This document shows, one piece after another, positions 16,859 through 26,026 of a stretch of 64,000 bases of DNA. Numbering within the stretch: the stretch's first letter is position 1; each line of letters starts with the position of its first letter. The position numbers and the translations under genes were made by a program. The notes under the pieces are model-generated. The model was not told where the DNA came from. It saw only the letters and a list, made by a program, of their open reading frames with translations, and did not search any database. The DNA comes from Alistipes sp. (GTDB lineage Bacteria > Bacteroidota > Bacteroidia > Bacteroidales > Rikenellaceae), in NCBI GenBank assembly GCA_017631055.1, contig JAGBTZ010000043.1, positions 2,895 to 66,894 on the forward strand. Reading direction: 5' to 3'.

Positions 16859-18052
16859 ATGAACAGCAGAGGTGTACTTAACATAGGACTCTTTGGTTTT
16901 GGTACCGTGGGTCGCGGATTGTATGACGTACTCGAGGAGACTCGACTCAAGGAGGCTCGCATCAAACGTATTTGCGTGCGCGACATCACCAAGGAGCGTG
17001 GCGTGAAGGCCGATTTTACGGATAATCCTGACAAGATTTTCAACGACCCCGAGATAAACCTTGTCGTGGAGCTTATCGACAATGCCGAGGCTTCGTACCA
17101 CATCGTGCGCCGAGCACTCGAGATGGGTATTCCTGTGGTTACGGGCAACAAGAAGATGCTCGCTTACCACCTCGAGGAGCTTATCGCCATCCAACGCGAG
17201 AAGCAGGTGCCGCTGCTCTATGATGCTTCGGCATGTGGCAGTATCCCCGTAATCCGTAACCTCGAGGAGTATTACGACAACGACCTGCTCGTCTCGGTAA
17301 AGGGTATCCTGAACGGCTCTTCGAACTTTATCCTCTCGAAGATTTTTAACGAGAATATGTCCTACCCCGCAGCCTTGAAGTTGGCGCAGGATTTGGGCTT
17401 TGCCGAGTCGGACCCCTCGCTCGATATTGATGGTTTCGATTCGCTCTTCAAGCTGATTATTATCACGATGCACGCCTTCGGCCGCTACGTCTCGCCCGAG
17501 AAGATATTTGTCTACGGCATCTCGCAGATGAGTGATGACGATATCCGCTTCGCCACCGAGAAGAAGCGCCGTATCAAGTTGGTGGCTCATGTCGAGAAGC
17601 TTCCCGATGGCAGGATGATTATGAGCGTTATGCCCCATCTCATCTCGCGCGACAAGTATATATATAGTGTTGAGGATGAGTTCAACGGAGTGGTTATCAA
17701 GGGTAAGTTCTACTATAAGCAGTTTATGTTCGGCCGAGGTGCGGGTGGTTATCCCACCGGCTCGGCAGTGTTGAGCGATATTATGGCTTGCCACTACAAC
17801 TACAAGTATGAGTACAAGAAACTCAATGCCGAGGTTGTCCCCGAGTATACCGACGATTTCGTCTTCCGCATCTACCTGCGCTACTCGAGCCAGGAGGATT
17901 TGGCACTGTTCAACTTCCTGAAGATTCGCGAGAGTTACACCAGCGAGAGCTCTTCGTATGTTGTGGGTGATGTTCGCCTGAGCGACCTGTGTGCAATCAA
18001 AGATGAGATTCGCAAGCGCAACCTCTTTGTTGCGGCTTACCCCGAAGATTAA
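16859..18052 (+). CDS. hom: Homoserine dehydrogenase
   Basis: GLFGFGTVG, VVTGNK, GSIPVI, GILNG, LGFAE.DP, GRGAG..PTGSAV. Confidence 0.92.
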   Translation: MNSRGVLNIGLFGFGTVGRGLYDVLEETRLKEARIKRICVRDITKERGVKADFTDNPDKIFNDPEINLVVELIDNAEASYHIVRRALEMGIPVVTGNKKMLAYHLEELIAIQREKQVPLLYDASACGSIPVIRNLEEYYDNDLLVSVKGILNGSSNFILSKIFNENMSYPAALKLAQDLGFAESDPSLDIDGFDSLFKLIIITMHAFGRYVSPEKIFVYGISQMSDDDIRFATEKKRRIKLVAHVEKLPDGRMIMSVMPHLISRDKYIYSVEDEFNGVVIKGKFYYKQFMFGRGAGGYPTGSAVLSDIMACHYNYKYEYKKLNAEVVPEYTDDFVFRIYLRYSSQEDLALFNFLKIRESYTSESSSYVVGDVRLSDLCAIKDEIRKRNLFVAAYPED

Positions 18053-18072
18053 ATATATTTTACCTAACCTCT

Positions 18073-20601
18073 ATGAAACCTAATCTATTGTCAATGAAAA
18101 GGCTCTTTACGCTGGTGGCTCTAATGCCGATGTTTGCATTATCCATTGCGTGCGGAGAGGACCCCACGCCCAACAATAATGGAGATAACTCGGGCGAGGG
18201 CGATAAGCCCGGCACCGAAGGCGGCAACACCGAGAAGTATGAGGATATCAAGGTGGTGAACGGCAAAGTTCGCTTCTACCTCTCGGAGGCCGAGAATTCG
18301 ACCCGTACCGCAACGGGTCTTTCCGCTCGCGATTGGGCGAAATCGAAGGTCGTGATGAACGGCAAGAACTACGAAATCTCGCTTACCGAGGGCGAGAACC
18401 CACGCCCCTATGTCGAGGTCGATGAGGCGAATAGTTACAGCGCCTCGTTGATAACCACCTCGTCGGGCAGATGGCACGGCAGCTCGACCTATTCCGACAT
18501 CAAGCTGACCCACTCGCAGATTTACCACACATCCTCTTCGAACATTAAGTCGTTCCCGATGTATGGCTCCTACTCGAAGGAGAGTGGCAACAAGCTCATC
18601 TTCAACGATGGCTTTGCGATGGTTGTTGTCAAGCTCAAGGGCTCGGCTAAAATTTCGTCAGTGAAGGTCGAGAATCCGCAAGGCAAGGCTATTGCTGGTA
18701 TCGCCACCTTTCTGCCTTCGAAGGGCTACTACTCGATAAAGAAGGGTCTGGACTTCGCTGTGTTGAACTGCACCAATAAGGGCAACTTCGTGACACTCTC
18801 CAATTCAAAGGAGACATATTTCCGCCTGATGATTGCCCCGGGCAACTATTCGGAGGGATTGAAGATTTCGATTTGCGATGCCGACCGTGGCGCAATGTTC
18901 ACCACCACCGAGCCTCTTAATCTCTCAGCAGGTGATGTTCACACCATATCATCGGACTACACCCTTGACAAGGACTTGGTCTTCTACGAGGGCTTCGACA
19001 ACTTTGTCTGGGGAGGTGATATTATGAAAGGCGAGGAGGGCTTTGGTTTCTCGCCCACTGCCGACAAGATGGAGATTGGCTCGGGTAGCGAACTTACCGG
19101 TTACGATGATGCCTTTGCAGAGGTTACGTTCGACAACCCGGGAACAGGTTTCATCCAGTCAAACACTTGGGACGATGTTTCGGGCAAGGGTGTCGAGGCT
19201 TCGCACCTGCTCTCCGAGAGTTATGTCAAGAGCCGCAACATCGGGGAGTTCCTCTATATGTTCCGTGCGCAGGAGCGACCCGGTTATATCGCCATTGGCG
19301 AGGGCAATGCAGCTCGCGGAATTATGTGCACCTCGACCGTCAAGAAGATGACCAACATTGGCGAGATGAAGGTGAGTTTGCGTGTGGCTGTTGAGGCCAA
19401 CTTTACACACAATCTGGTTATAGACGTCGTTCACGGTGGTGCAATCAAGTCGGTGATGCTCAACGGCAACACATTGACACCAAGCGAAATAAACCAGAAA
19501 ATTTCGGGCTCGGACTCCTCGTTCACACTGCCCAACAATCTGCTCAAGGTTCCATCTTCGGTGGCTGCAGCCAAGACGTGGCTCGATCTGGAGTTCATTA
19601 TTGACGGTATTACTGATGGCTCGAAGTTCTATATCAGCACAGACTCAGCCTCAACCGGCGAGCACGGCATCTATGTTGACTACATCAAGGGTTATAAAGT
19701 CAGCGACTGGAACGACAGCAAGAATCTGCGTATACTCTACTGGAATATCCAGAACGGAATGATTGCCGACCAGCACAACAACTACGACAACTTCGTGAAG
19801 TGGGTCAAGAAGTGGGATCCCGATATCTGCGTTTGGTGCGAGTCGGAGACTATCTATAAGGATAAGACCGGATCGGGAACCAGCACCAAGTATCTGCCCG
19901 ATGGTTGGGCACAGCTCTGCACACGCTATGGTCACACTTACGCTGCCGTAGGCGGTAACCGCGACAACTATCCGCAGACCATCACCGCGAAGTACCCCAT
20001 CAAGACCATAAAGAGGATTACCGACACCGACAAGAGCGGTAAGCCCGTAGCGCACGGTGCAGGTCACTTCCAGATTGAAGTTCACGGCAAGAAGATTAAC
20101 TTCGTGACACTGCACATGTGGCCGGCGGCTCACGCTTTTGGAGCAAGCAATACGACAACAAGTGCAGCAGCCAAGGAGGGCGACTACTATCGTCAATTCG
20201 AGATGCAGTATATCGTCGACCAGACTGTTAACAACCCTGCTCATGCAAGCGAGGAGTATTGGATTTTGTGTGGCGACACCAACTCATACTCTCGTATGGA
20301 TGACTGGAGCACCAAGTATAGCGAGAAAGACCCGACAAAGTTGATTACGCACGATGTCATTCTCAACCAAACCTACCTCAAGGATGTCATCGCTCATCGC
20401 GACTGCTATGGCGAGAAGAACAACGCCATCTTGCGCTGCCGCATCGACTTTATCTACGCTTCGCCCAAGATGTTTGACCACATCACCAACTCCATAATGT
20501 TGATGGATAGTTGGTGTGGCCCCATCAAGAAGTGGGAGTACTACACCTCGTTCAGCGACCCCTCGGACCACACTCCGGTACTTGCCGACTTCAAATTTTA
20601 G
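18073..20601 (+). CDS. Lipoprotein: fimbrillin-like N-terminus plus C-terminal endonuclease/exonuclease/phosphatase (EEP) domain, paralog 1
   Basis: Lipobox SIAC; EEP motifs WNIQNG, DICVWCE, CGDTNS, RIDFIYAS, SDHTPV; alternative start at 18094. Confidence 0.82.
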   Translation: MKPNLLSMKRLFTLVALMPMFALSIACGEDPTPNNNGDNSGEGDKPGTEGGNTEKYEDIKVVNGKVRFYLSEAENSTRTATGLSARDWAKSKVVMNGKNYEISLTEGENPRPYVEVDEANSYSASLITTSSGRWHGSSTYSDIKLTHSQIYHTSSSNIKSFPMYGSYSKESGNKLIFNDGFAMVVVKLKGSAKISSVKVENPQGKAIAGIATFLPSKGYYSIKKGLDFAVLNCTNKGNFVTLSNSKETYFRLMIAPGNYSEGLKISICDADRGAMFTTTEPLNLSAGDVHTISSDYTLDKDLVFYEGFDNFVWGGDIMKGEEGFGFSPTADKMEIGSGSELTGYDDAFAEVTFDNPGTGFIQSNTWDDVSGKGVEASHLLSESYVKSRNIGEFLYMFRAQERPGYIAIGEGNAARGIMCTSTVKKMTNIGEMKVSLRVAVEANFTHNLVIDVVHGGAIKSVMLNGNTLTPSEINQKISGSDSSFTLPNNLLKVPSSVAAAKTWLDLEFIIDGITDGSKFYISTDSASTGEHGIYVDYIKGYKVSDWNDSKNLRILYWNIQNGMIADQHNNYDNFVKWVKKWDPDICVWCESETIYKDKTGSGTSTKYLPDGWAQLCTRYGHTYAAVGGNRDNYPQTITAKYPIKTIKRITDTDKSGKPVAHGAGHFQIEVHGKKINFVTLHMWPAAHAFGASNTTTSAAAKEGDYYRQFEMQYIVDQTVNNPAHASEEYWILCGDTNSYSRMDDWSTKYSEKDPTKLITHDVILNQTYLKDVIAHRDCYGEKNNAILRCRIDFIYASPKMFDHITNSIMLMDSWCGPIKKWEYYTSFSDPSDHTPVLADFKF

Positions 20602-20634
20602 AGGAGATAATAACCAATAAATAATCTATTTACT

Positions 20635-23160
20635 ATGAAACTCAACTTTCAAACAATGAAAAGAACTGTAGCGGCATTGGCTCTAATTCCGATGTTGGCA
20701 ATGTTTGTTGCTTGCGAGAATGGTTTTGACGAGAATGAGCAGAAACCCGACGAGGAGATCGTCAAGGAGTATGGCCCTTATGAGGATATCAAGGCTGTGA
20801 ATGGCAAGGTGCGCTTCTATCTCTACGAGAAGGTAAACTCAACCCGCACAGCTACCAATATCTCGGCTCGAGATTGGAAAAAATCGCAGGTCCTCGTCAA
20901 TGGCGAGAGCTATGATGTGGCGATGTCTGACGAAGAGACTCCCCGACCCTATATCGAGGTTACAAAGGCCGGCAGCTACAACGCAACGCTGGTAACCTCC
21001 ACCTCGAATAAGTGGTATGGCAAATCGACTGTCGAGGATATTAAGTTGCCCCACTCCCAGATTTATCACACAGCCATTTCGGCCATCAAATCGTTCCCGA
21101 TGTATGCCTCCTACTCGAAGAGTGTCGGCAATAAGCTCATCTTCAACGATGGCTTTGCGATGGTGGTACTCAAGCTAAGAGGCGAGGCCAAAATCTCGTC
21201 GGTGAAGATCGACAGCCCCACAGGTAAAGACCTTGCCGGTCACTCAAATTATAGCTCCACCACCGGTGCATTCAGCGTAGATAGGGGAATGGAGTTCGTA
21301 GCGCTGAACTGTACCAATAAGGGTGAATTTGTGCAGCTCTCCGACTCGAAGCTTACCAACTTCCGCCTGATGGTTGCCCCGGGCAACTACCCTATGGGTT
21401 TGAAGATTTCGATTTGCGACTCGGAGCACGGTGCAATGTTCATCACCACCGACCCCATCACACTCGCAGCCGGCGATGTTCACGCCATCTCCAAGAACTA
21501 CCAGTGCGAGGAGGATCTGGTCTTCTACGAGGGCTTCGACAACTTCGTTTGGGGTGGCGATATTATGAAGGGAGAGATCGGAGTCGGATTCTCGCCCTCA
21601 TCGGCAGCTGTGGGCGAGGATACGGGACTTACCCGTACAGGTTACGAGAGCGCCCTCTCGGAGGTTGCCTACAACACCCCCGGTAGCGGTCTTATCCAGC
21701 CCAATGTGTGGGAGGATGTCAACGGCAAGACGGTCAGTGAGGCCCACCAACTCTCGGAGAGCTACATCGCCAGCCGAAACATTGGCGAATGGTTCCACCT
21801 CTTCCGTGTTCAGGAGCACCCCGGCTACATCGTTTCGGGTACCAGCAGTGCTCGTGGCGTAGTGACCCTGCCCAACACGAAGGCGATGAAGGGAATTGGC
21901 GATGTAAAGGTTAAAGTGCGCTTCGCATTGGAGTCATCATTCAGGGGTCGCCTCGATTTCAACGCCTTGTATGGCGGAGTAATCAAGAGCGCCAAAATCA
22001 ATGGCAAGAGTGTGACATTTACCTCGGGAAATAGCGGTCATAATGCGGCTACGGCAATCCTTTCGTTAGCCATCGACAACGCCTTCTATCGCCCGAGTTC
22101 GTCTACTTCCGAGAATATCTGGAACGACCTCGAGGTTGTTATCAGCGGAGCTACCGATGGCACAAGACTCGCTATCCAGAACACCGAGCTGGGTGGTAGC
22201 AATCTGCGCATCTTCATCGATAAATTCGAGGTGCGCAAGCTCAACGACTGGAAGGATAACAGCAATCTGCGTGTGATTTTGTTCAACATCCAGAACGGTA
22301 TCATTGCCGACCAGCACAATAACTACGACAACTTCGTTGAGTGGGTCAAGAAGTACGACCCGGATATCTGCATCTGGACCGAGTCGGAGTCGATTTACAA
22401 GGACAAGACCGGCTCAAGTTCGGGTAATAGCAAGTACCTGCCCAACAATTGGGATAAGGTGGCAGCTCGTTATGGCCACAGCCACGTTGCTGTGGGCGGT
22501 AACCGCGACAACTACCCCCAGACCGTGACCGCAAAGTTCCCCATCCAGACTATCAAGGCCTTTACCAACACCGATGACGGAGGTCTGTATGACGCCAAGT
22601 ATATCTCGCACGGTGCGGGTCACTTTACCGTTGATATCAACGGCAAGAAGATTAACATCGTGACTTGCCACATGTGGCCGCAGGCATACGCTCCGAACAG
22701 GAATACGCAGGCAAGTAGGGATGCCAATGAGGGTAACTACTTCCGTGAGTATGAGATGAAATACATCGTCAAGAATACGGTCAACAACAGCAAGTATGCC
22801 GGCGAGGAGTATTGGTTGCTGGGTGGCGATACCAACTCGCGCTCGCCACACGATAAGTGGTTCTATCCCGAGACAACACCCCCTACAGCATACCTGCCTC
22901 ACGAGCACATCCTCGAGAAGACCAACCTCAAGGATGTTATTACGGACCGCTTGCCCAAGAACAATACCTACTTTATGACAACAACCTACGGCTCGGCCCG
23001 TATCGATATTTTGTATGCATCGCCCAAGATGTTCGATAAGATTACCAACTCGATAGTGTTGATGGATGACTGGTTAGATGTACTGGGACCGTGGGAGTAC
23101 TATACTTCATTCCGCAATCCGTCTGACCACCGACCCGTGATTGTCGACTTCAATCTTTAG
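20635..23160 (+). CDS. Lipoprotein: fimbrillin-like N-terminus plus C-terminal EEP domain, paralog 2
   Basis: Lipobox FVAC; FNIQNG, DICIWTE, GGDTNS, RIDILYAS, SDHRPV; collinear with paralog 1. Confidence 0.82.
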   Translation: MKLNFQTMKRTVAALALIPMLAMFVACENGFDENEQKPDEEIVKEYGPYEDIKAVNGKVRFYLYEKVNSTRTATNISARDWKKSQVLVNGESYDVAMSDEETPRPYIEVTKAGSYNATLVTSTSNKWYGKSTVEDIKLPHSQIYHTAISAIKSFPMYASYSKSVGNKLIFNDGFAMVVLKLRGEAKISSVKIDSPTGKDLAGHSNYSSTTGAFSVDRGMEFVALNCTNKGEFVQLSDSKLTNFRLMVAPGNYPMGLKISICDSEHGAMFITTDPITLAAGDVHAISKNYQCEEDLVFYEGFDNFVWGGDIMKGEIGVGFSPSSAAVGEDTGLTRTGYESALSEVAYNTPGSGLIQPNVWEDVNGKTVSEAHQLSESYIASRNIGEWFHLFRVQEHPGYIVSGTSSARGVVTLPNTKAMKGIGDVKVKVRFALESSFRGRLDFNALYGGVIKSAKINGKSVTFTSGNSGHNAATAILSLAIDNAFYRPSSSTSENIWNDLEVVISGATDGTRLAIQNTELGGSNLRIFIDKFEVRKLNDWKDNSNLRVILFNIQNGIIADQHNNYDNFVEWVKKYDPDICIWTESESIYKDKTGSSSGNSKYLPNNWDKVAARYGHSHVAVGGNRDNYPQTVTAKFPIQTIKAFTNTDDGGLYDAKYISHGAGHFTVDINGKKINIVTCHMWPQAYAPNRNTQASRDANEGNYFREYEMKYIVKNTVNNSKYAGEEYWLLGGDTNSRSPHDKWFYPETTPPTAYLPHEHILEKTNLKDVITDRLPKNNTYFMTTTYGSARIDILYASPKMFDKITNSIVLMDDWLDVLGPWEYYTSFRNPSDHRPVIVDFNL

Positions 23161-23202
23161 GAGTCAAAACCAGCGACAAACGGATATTGACAATGTCGTT
23201 TT

Positions 23203-23240
23203 AACTGCCGATTTGGTCGATTGACCGAATCGGCAGTTTT
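23203..23240 (+). terminator. Rho-independent terminator after the EEP pair
   Basis: aactgccgatttggtc-gatt-gaccgaatcggcagtt-tt. Confidence 0.8.
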
Positions 23241-23437
23241 ATTAAAAAGAGCCCCACACGCCATTGTGGCACGGATTTTGCTAATTTTCGACCCGATTGC
23301 AGGCATGAGCGCGATTTGGTAAAAACAAAAACTCTTCGTATCTTGCAATCGAAAACAAAAGTATTAACACATTAAAAACTCGTTGCCTATCGAAAAATTT
23401 ATACTCTTTTAACATTGTTTTACTAAAAACGAAGAGT

Positions 23438-24022
23438 ATGAACGTACAAGTATTAAGTGACCAAGGATTGCTTAATAGTTATCTTTCGGGCGACCAGAGT
23501 GCTATTTCACAACTTATCGAGCGTCACAGCCGTCGTGTCAGGGAGTATATCCGTATGATGGTTAAGGATAGTGACGTTGCCGATGATATCTTTCAGGAGA
23601 CATTTATTAAAGCTGTCCGCGTTATTGACGAGGGCCGTTATACCGACAACGGCAGATTTCTCTCGTGGATACTGCGCATTGCCCACAACCAGGTTATCGA
23701 CTACTTCCGCTCGCGCAAACAACAAAAGCATGTGAACGAGGCGGATGCCGGCTACAATGTGCTCGGCACACTGCGATTTGCAGAGCACACTGTCGAGGAT
23801 GATATGGTTTCGGCACAAATTACGAGCGATGTGCGCCGACTGGTCGAGATGTTGCCCGAGGAGCAGCGCGAGGTAGTGATGTTGCGCTACTATTCGGGGC
23901 TGAGCTTCAAGGAGATAGCCGAGCAGACCAATGTCAGCATCAACACTGCATTGGGACGTATGCGCTATGCGCTTATCAATCTGCGCAAGATGATTAAGGA
24001 TAATAATTTGAGTTTAAGTTAG
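23438..24022 (+). CDS. ECF-type RNA polymerase sigma-70 factor
   Basis: Region 2 DDIFQETFIK..FLSWILRIAHN..IDYFR; region 4 LPEEQREVV.LR..LSFKEIA..SINTALGRMRYA. Confidence 0.92.
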   Translation: MNVQVLSDQGLLNSYLSGDQSAISQLIERHSRRVREYIRMMVKDSDVADDIFQETFIKAVRVIDEGRYTDNGRFLSWILRIAHNQVIDYFRSRKQQKHVNEADAGYNVLGTLRFAEHTVEDDMVSAQITSDVRRLVEMLPEEQREVVMLRYYSGLSFKEIAEQTNVSINTALGRMRYALINLRKMIKDNNLSLS

Positions 24023-24098
24023 ATTTTTTGCGACCACAGGGCAATAATCCCGCAAGGTGCTACGTTTTCGAATTAGAAAACAACAAACACAAGTGCCT

Positions 24099-24227
24099 AT
24101 GGGAGAATTTGACACCAATGATTTTTGTTCTGTAAGCGACGAAGAGTTGCTATTCTCACAAGTTATCTGCGGCGACCACGAACTGCTGTTTTTGGATGCC
24201 TGCCTTGGAGAGATTTTAAGAGGTTAA
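24099..24227 (+). CDS. Putative 42-aa small acidic protein (below the ORF-track cutoff)
   Basis: ATG..TAA encodes MGEFDTNDFCSVSDEELLFSQVICGDHELLFLDACLGEILRG; A-rich leader; terminator directly after. Confidence 0.45.
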   Translation: MGEFDTNDFCSVSDEELLFSQVICGDHELLFLDACLGEILRG

Positions 24228-24248
24228 TAAGTTAGGGTTAGGTAGAGC

Positions 24249-24285
24249 GGCTGTCCAACAATTGAGTTGCGACAGCCCTTTTTTT
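24249..24285 (+). terminator. Rho-independent terminator after sigma factor/small ORF
   Basis: ggctgtccaac-aattga-gttgcgacagcc-c-ttttttt. Confidence 0.75.
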
Positions 24286-24303
24286 GCGGTTACAGGAGGA
24301 GTG

Positions 24304-24428
24304 TTAGCCATTGGCCATTGGCATTGAATGGTAGAATTGATATTAGGGAGATTAGAGAAATTAGGGAATTTAAGGGGGTAAGGGATTTCACTAAACTCAC
24401 TAAACTCCTTAACTACCCTTAACAAACC
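24304..24428. repeat. Heptamer run (TT[AG]GCCA) plus fold-back 9-mer array, copy 2
   Basis: ttagcca ttggcca ttggcat; then ttagggaga ttagagaaa ttagggaat ttaaggggg taagggat / ttcactaa actcactaa actccttaa ctacccttaa. Confidence 0.78.
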
Positions 24429-24449
24429 ATTCAAAAGCCTCCCACTCTA

Positions 24450-25988
24450 TCAGCGACCCCACGACTCGCGGTCGAGGGTGCGATAGGTTATCGCCTCCGA
24501 GATGTGGGCCACCGAGATATTCTCCTCGCCCGCAAGGTCGGCAATCGTTCGGGCAACCTTAATTATGCGGTCGTGTGCTCGTGCCGAGAGGTTGAGTTGA
24601 GCCATAGCCCTCTCGAGCAGAGCTCGGGAGCGCTCGTCTAACGGACAGTAGTCGCGCAACATCTTCGAATTCATCATCGAATTGGTGTGGATACCAAGCC
24701 CACGAAAACGCTCGGACTGAATTTTACGGGCGCGGATAACTCTCTCGCGCACAGCCTCGCTCGACTCCTCCACTCGCTCGGATATCATCTCTGCAAGGGG
24801 CACAGGCGTAACCTCAATATGGAGATCTATGCGGTCGAGCAGCGGTCCCGAGATGCGTGACATATAGCGGTGCACCGCCGAGGGAGGACAGGTACACTCC
24901 TTGGTCGGGTGGTTGTAATATCCGCAAGGGCAGGGGTTCATCGAGGCCACCAACGAGAAGTTGGCAGGGTACTCGACACTATATCTCGCACGCGAAACGG
25001 TAATCTTCTTATCCTCGAGCGGTTGGCGCAGCACCTCAAGCACATTGCGCCCAAACTCGGGGAGCTCATCGAGGAAGAGTATTCCATTGTGAGATAGCGA
25101 CACCTCGCCGGGCTGTGGCGATTGTCCACCACCGATAAGTGCCACCTGCGAAGTCAAGTGGTGCGGAGCACGGAAGGGTCTTTGAGTAAGCAAGCCCACC
25201 GAGGCGCCAAGTTTGCCCGCCACCGAGTGAATCTTCGTGGCCTCCAACGCCTCCTCGAGCGTCATCGGGGGCATAATCGAGGGCAGACGGCGAGCCAGCA
25301 TAGTCTTACCCGAGCCCGGGGCTCCTATCATTATCACATTGTGACCACCAGCAGCTGCAATTTCGAGCGCACGCTTCACCTGAGCCTGACCCTTCACATC
25401 CGAGAAATCCTCGGCATAACGATTGAGGCACTCGACGCCCTCCACAACATCGGCATTCTCGGTGGGAGCTATCTCAATATCCCCATTCAGATAGCCGACA
25501 ACCTCGCCAAGCGAGCGAACACCTATAATCTCAATACCACCAACAACGGCACCCTCGGCTGCATTCTCGAGTGGCAAAATCACACGCTTAAGACCCTCCT
25601 GGCGAGCCTTCACCACCAAGGGCAAGACTCCCTTCACGGCCTTGACCCCGCCATCGAGCGACAACTCGCCCGCAAACATTGTGGAGGGGAGCATCTGGTC
25701 GACAACCTGCGATGTCGCTGCCAAAATTCCGACCGCTATCGGGAGGTCGAAAGCCGCACCCTCCTTACGCAAATCGGCAGGTGCAAGGTTGACAACAATC
25801 TTCTTGGCAGTCATTCGCATACCCGAATTTTCGAATGCCGAGCGGATGCGCTGCTCGCTCTCCTTCACGGCATTGTCGGGCAGACCCACCAAGAAAAGAC
25901 CAAGCCCGCTACCGGCGAGATTTACCTCAACGGTTACGGTCACGGCATCAATGCCAACAATGGCTCCGGCGTAGGTCTTGACAAACAT
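24450..25988 (-). CDS. comM: YifB/ComM family Mg-chelatase-like AAA+ ATPase
   Basis: VGLPDNAVKES..RI, NLAPADLRKEG..FDLPIA, GAPGSGKT, RPFRAPHH, FLDELPEF, NPCPCG. Confidence 0.93.
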   Translation of the reverse strand: MFVKTYAGAIVGIDAVTVTVEVNLAGSGLGLFLVGLPDNAVKESEQRIRSAFENSGMRMTAKKIVVNLAPADLRKEGAAFDLPIAVGILAATSQVVDQMLPSTMFAGELSLDGGVKAVKGVLPLVVKARQEGLKRVILPLENAAEGAVVGGIEIIGVRSLGEVVGYLNGDIEIAPTENADVVEGVECLNRYAEDFSDVKGQAQVKRALEIAAAGGHNVIMIGAPGSGKTMLARRLPSIMPPMTLEEALEATKIHSVAGKLGASVGLLTQRPFRAPHHLTSQVALIGGGQSPQPGEVSLSHNGILFLDELPEFGRNVLEVLRQPLEDKKITVSRARYSVEYPANFSLVASMNPCPCGYYNHPTKECTCPPSAVHRYMSRISGPLLDRIDLHIEVTPVPLAEMISERVEESSEAVRERVIRARKIQSERFRGLGIHTNSMMNSKMLRDYCPLDERSRALLERAMAQLNLSARAHDRIIKVARTIADLAGEENISVAHISEAITYRTLDRESWGR

Positions 25989-26026
25989 TTATCGTATCAG
26001 GTTGCAAATTAACACTTTAGACGTGA

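Noticed and set aside
18073-23160. Diversity-generating retroelement or shufflon between the two EEP paralogs
   Set aside because: Differences are spread over the whole length and are not adenine-specific; there is no reverse transcriptase or recombinase; simple old duplication fits.
23331-23437. Invertible promoter (inverton) upstream of the ECF sigma gene
   Set aside because: The inverted repeat is only 9 bp and there is no recombinase in the window; kept only as a possible RNA pairing.
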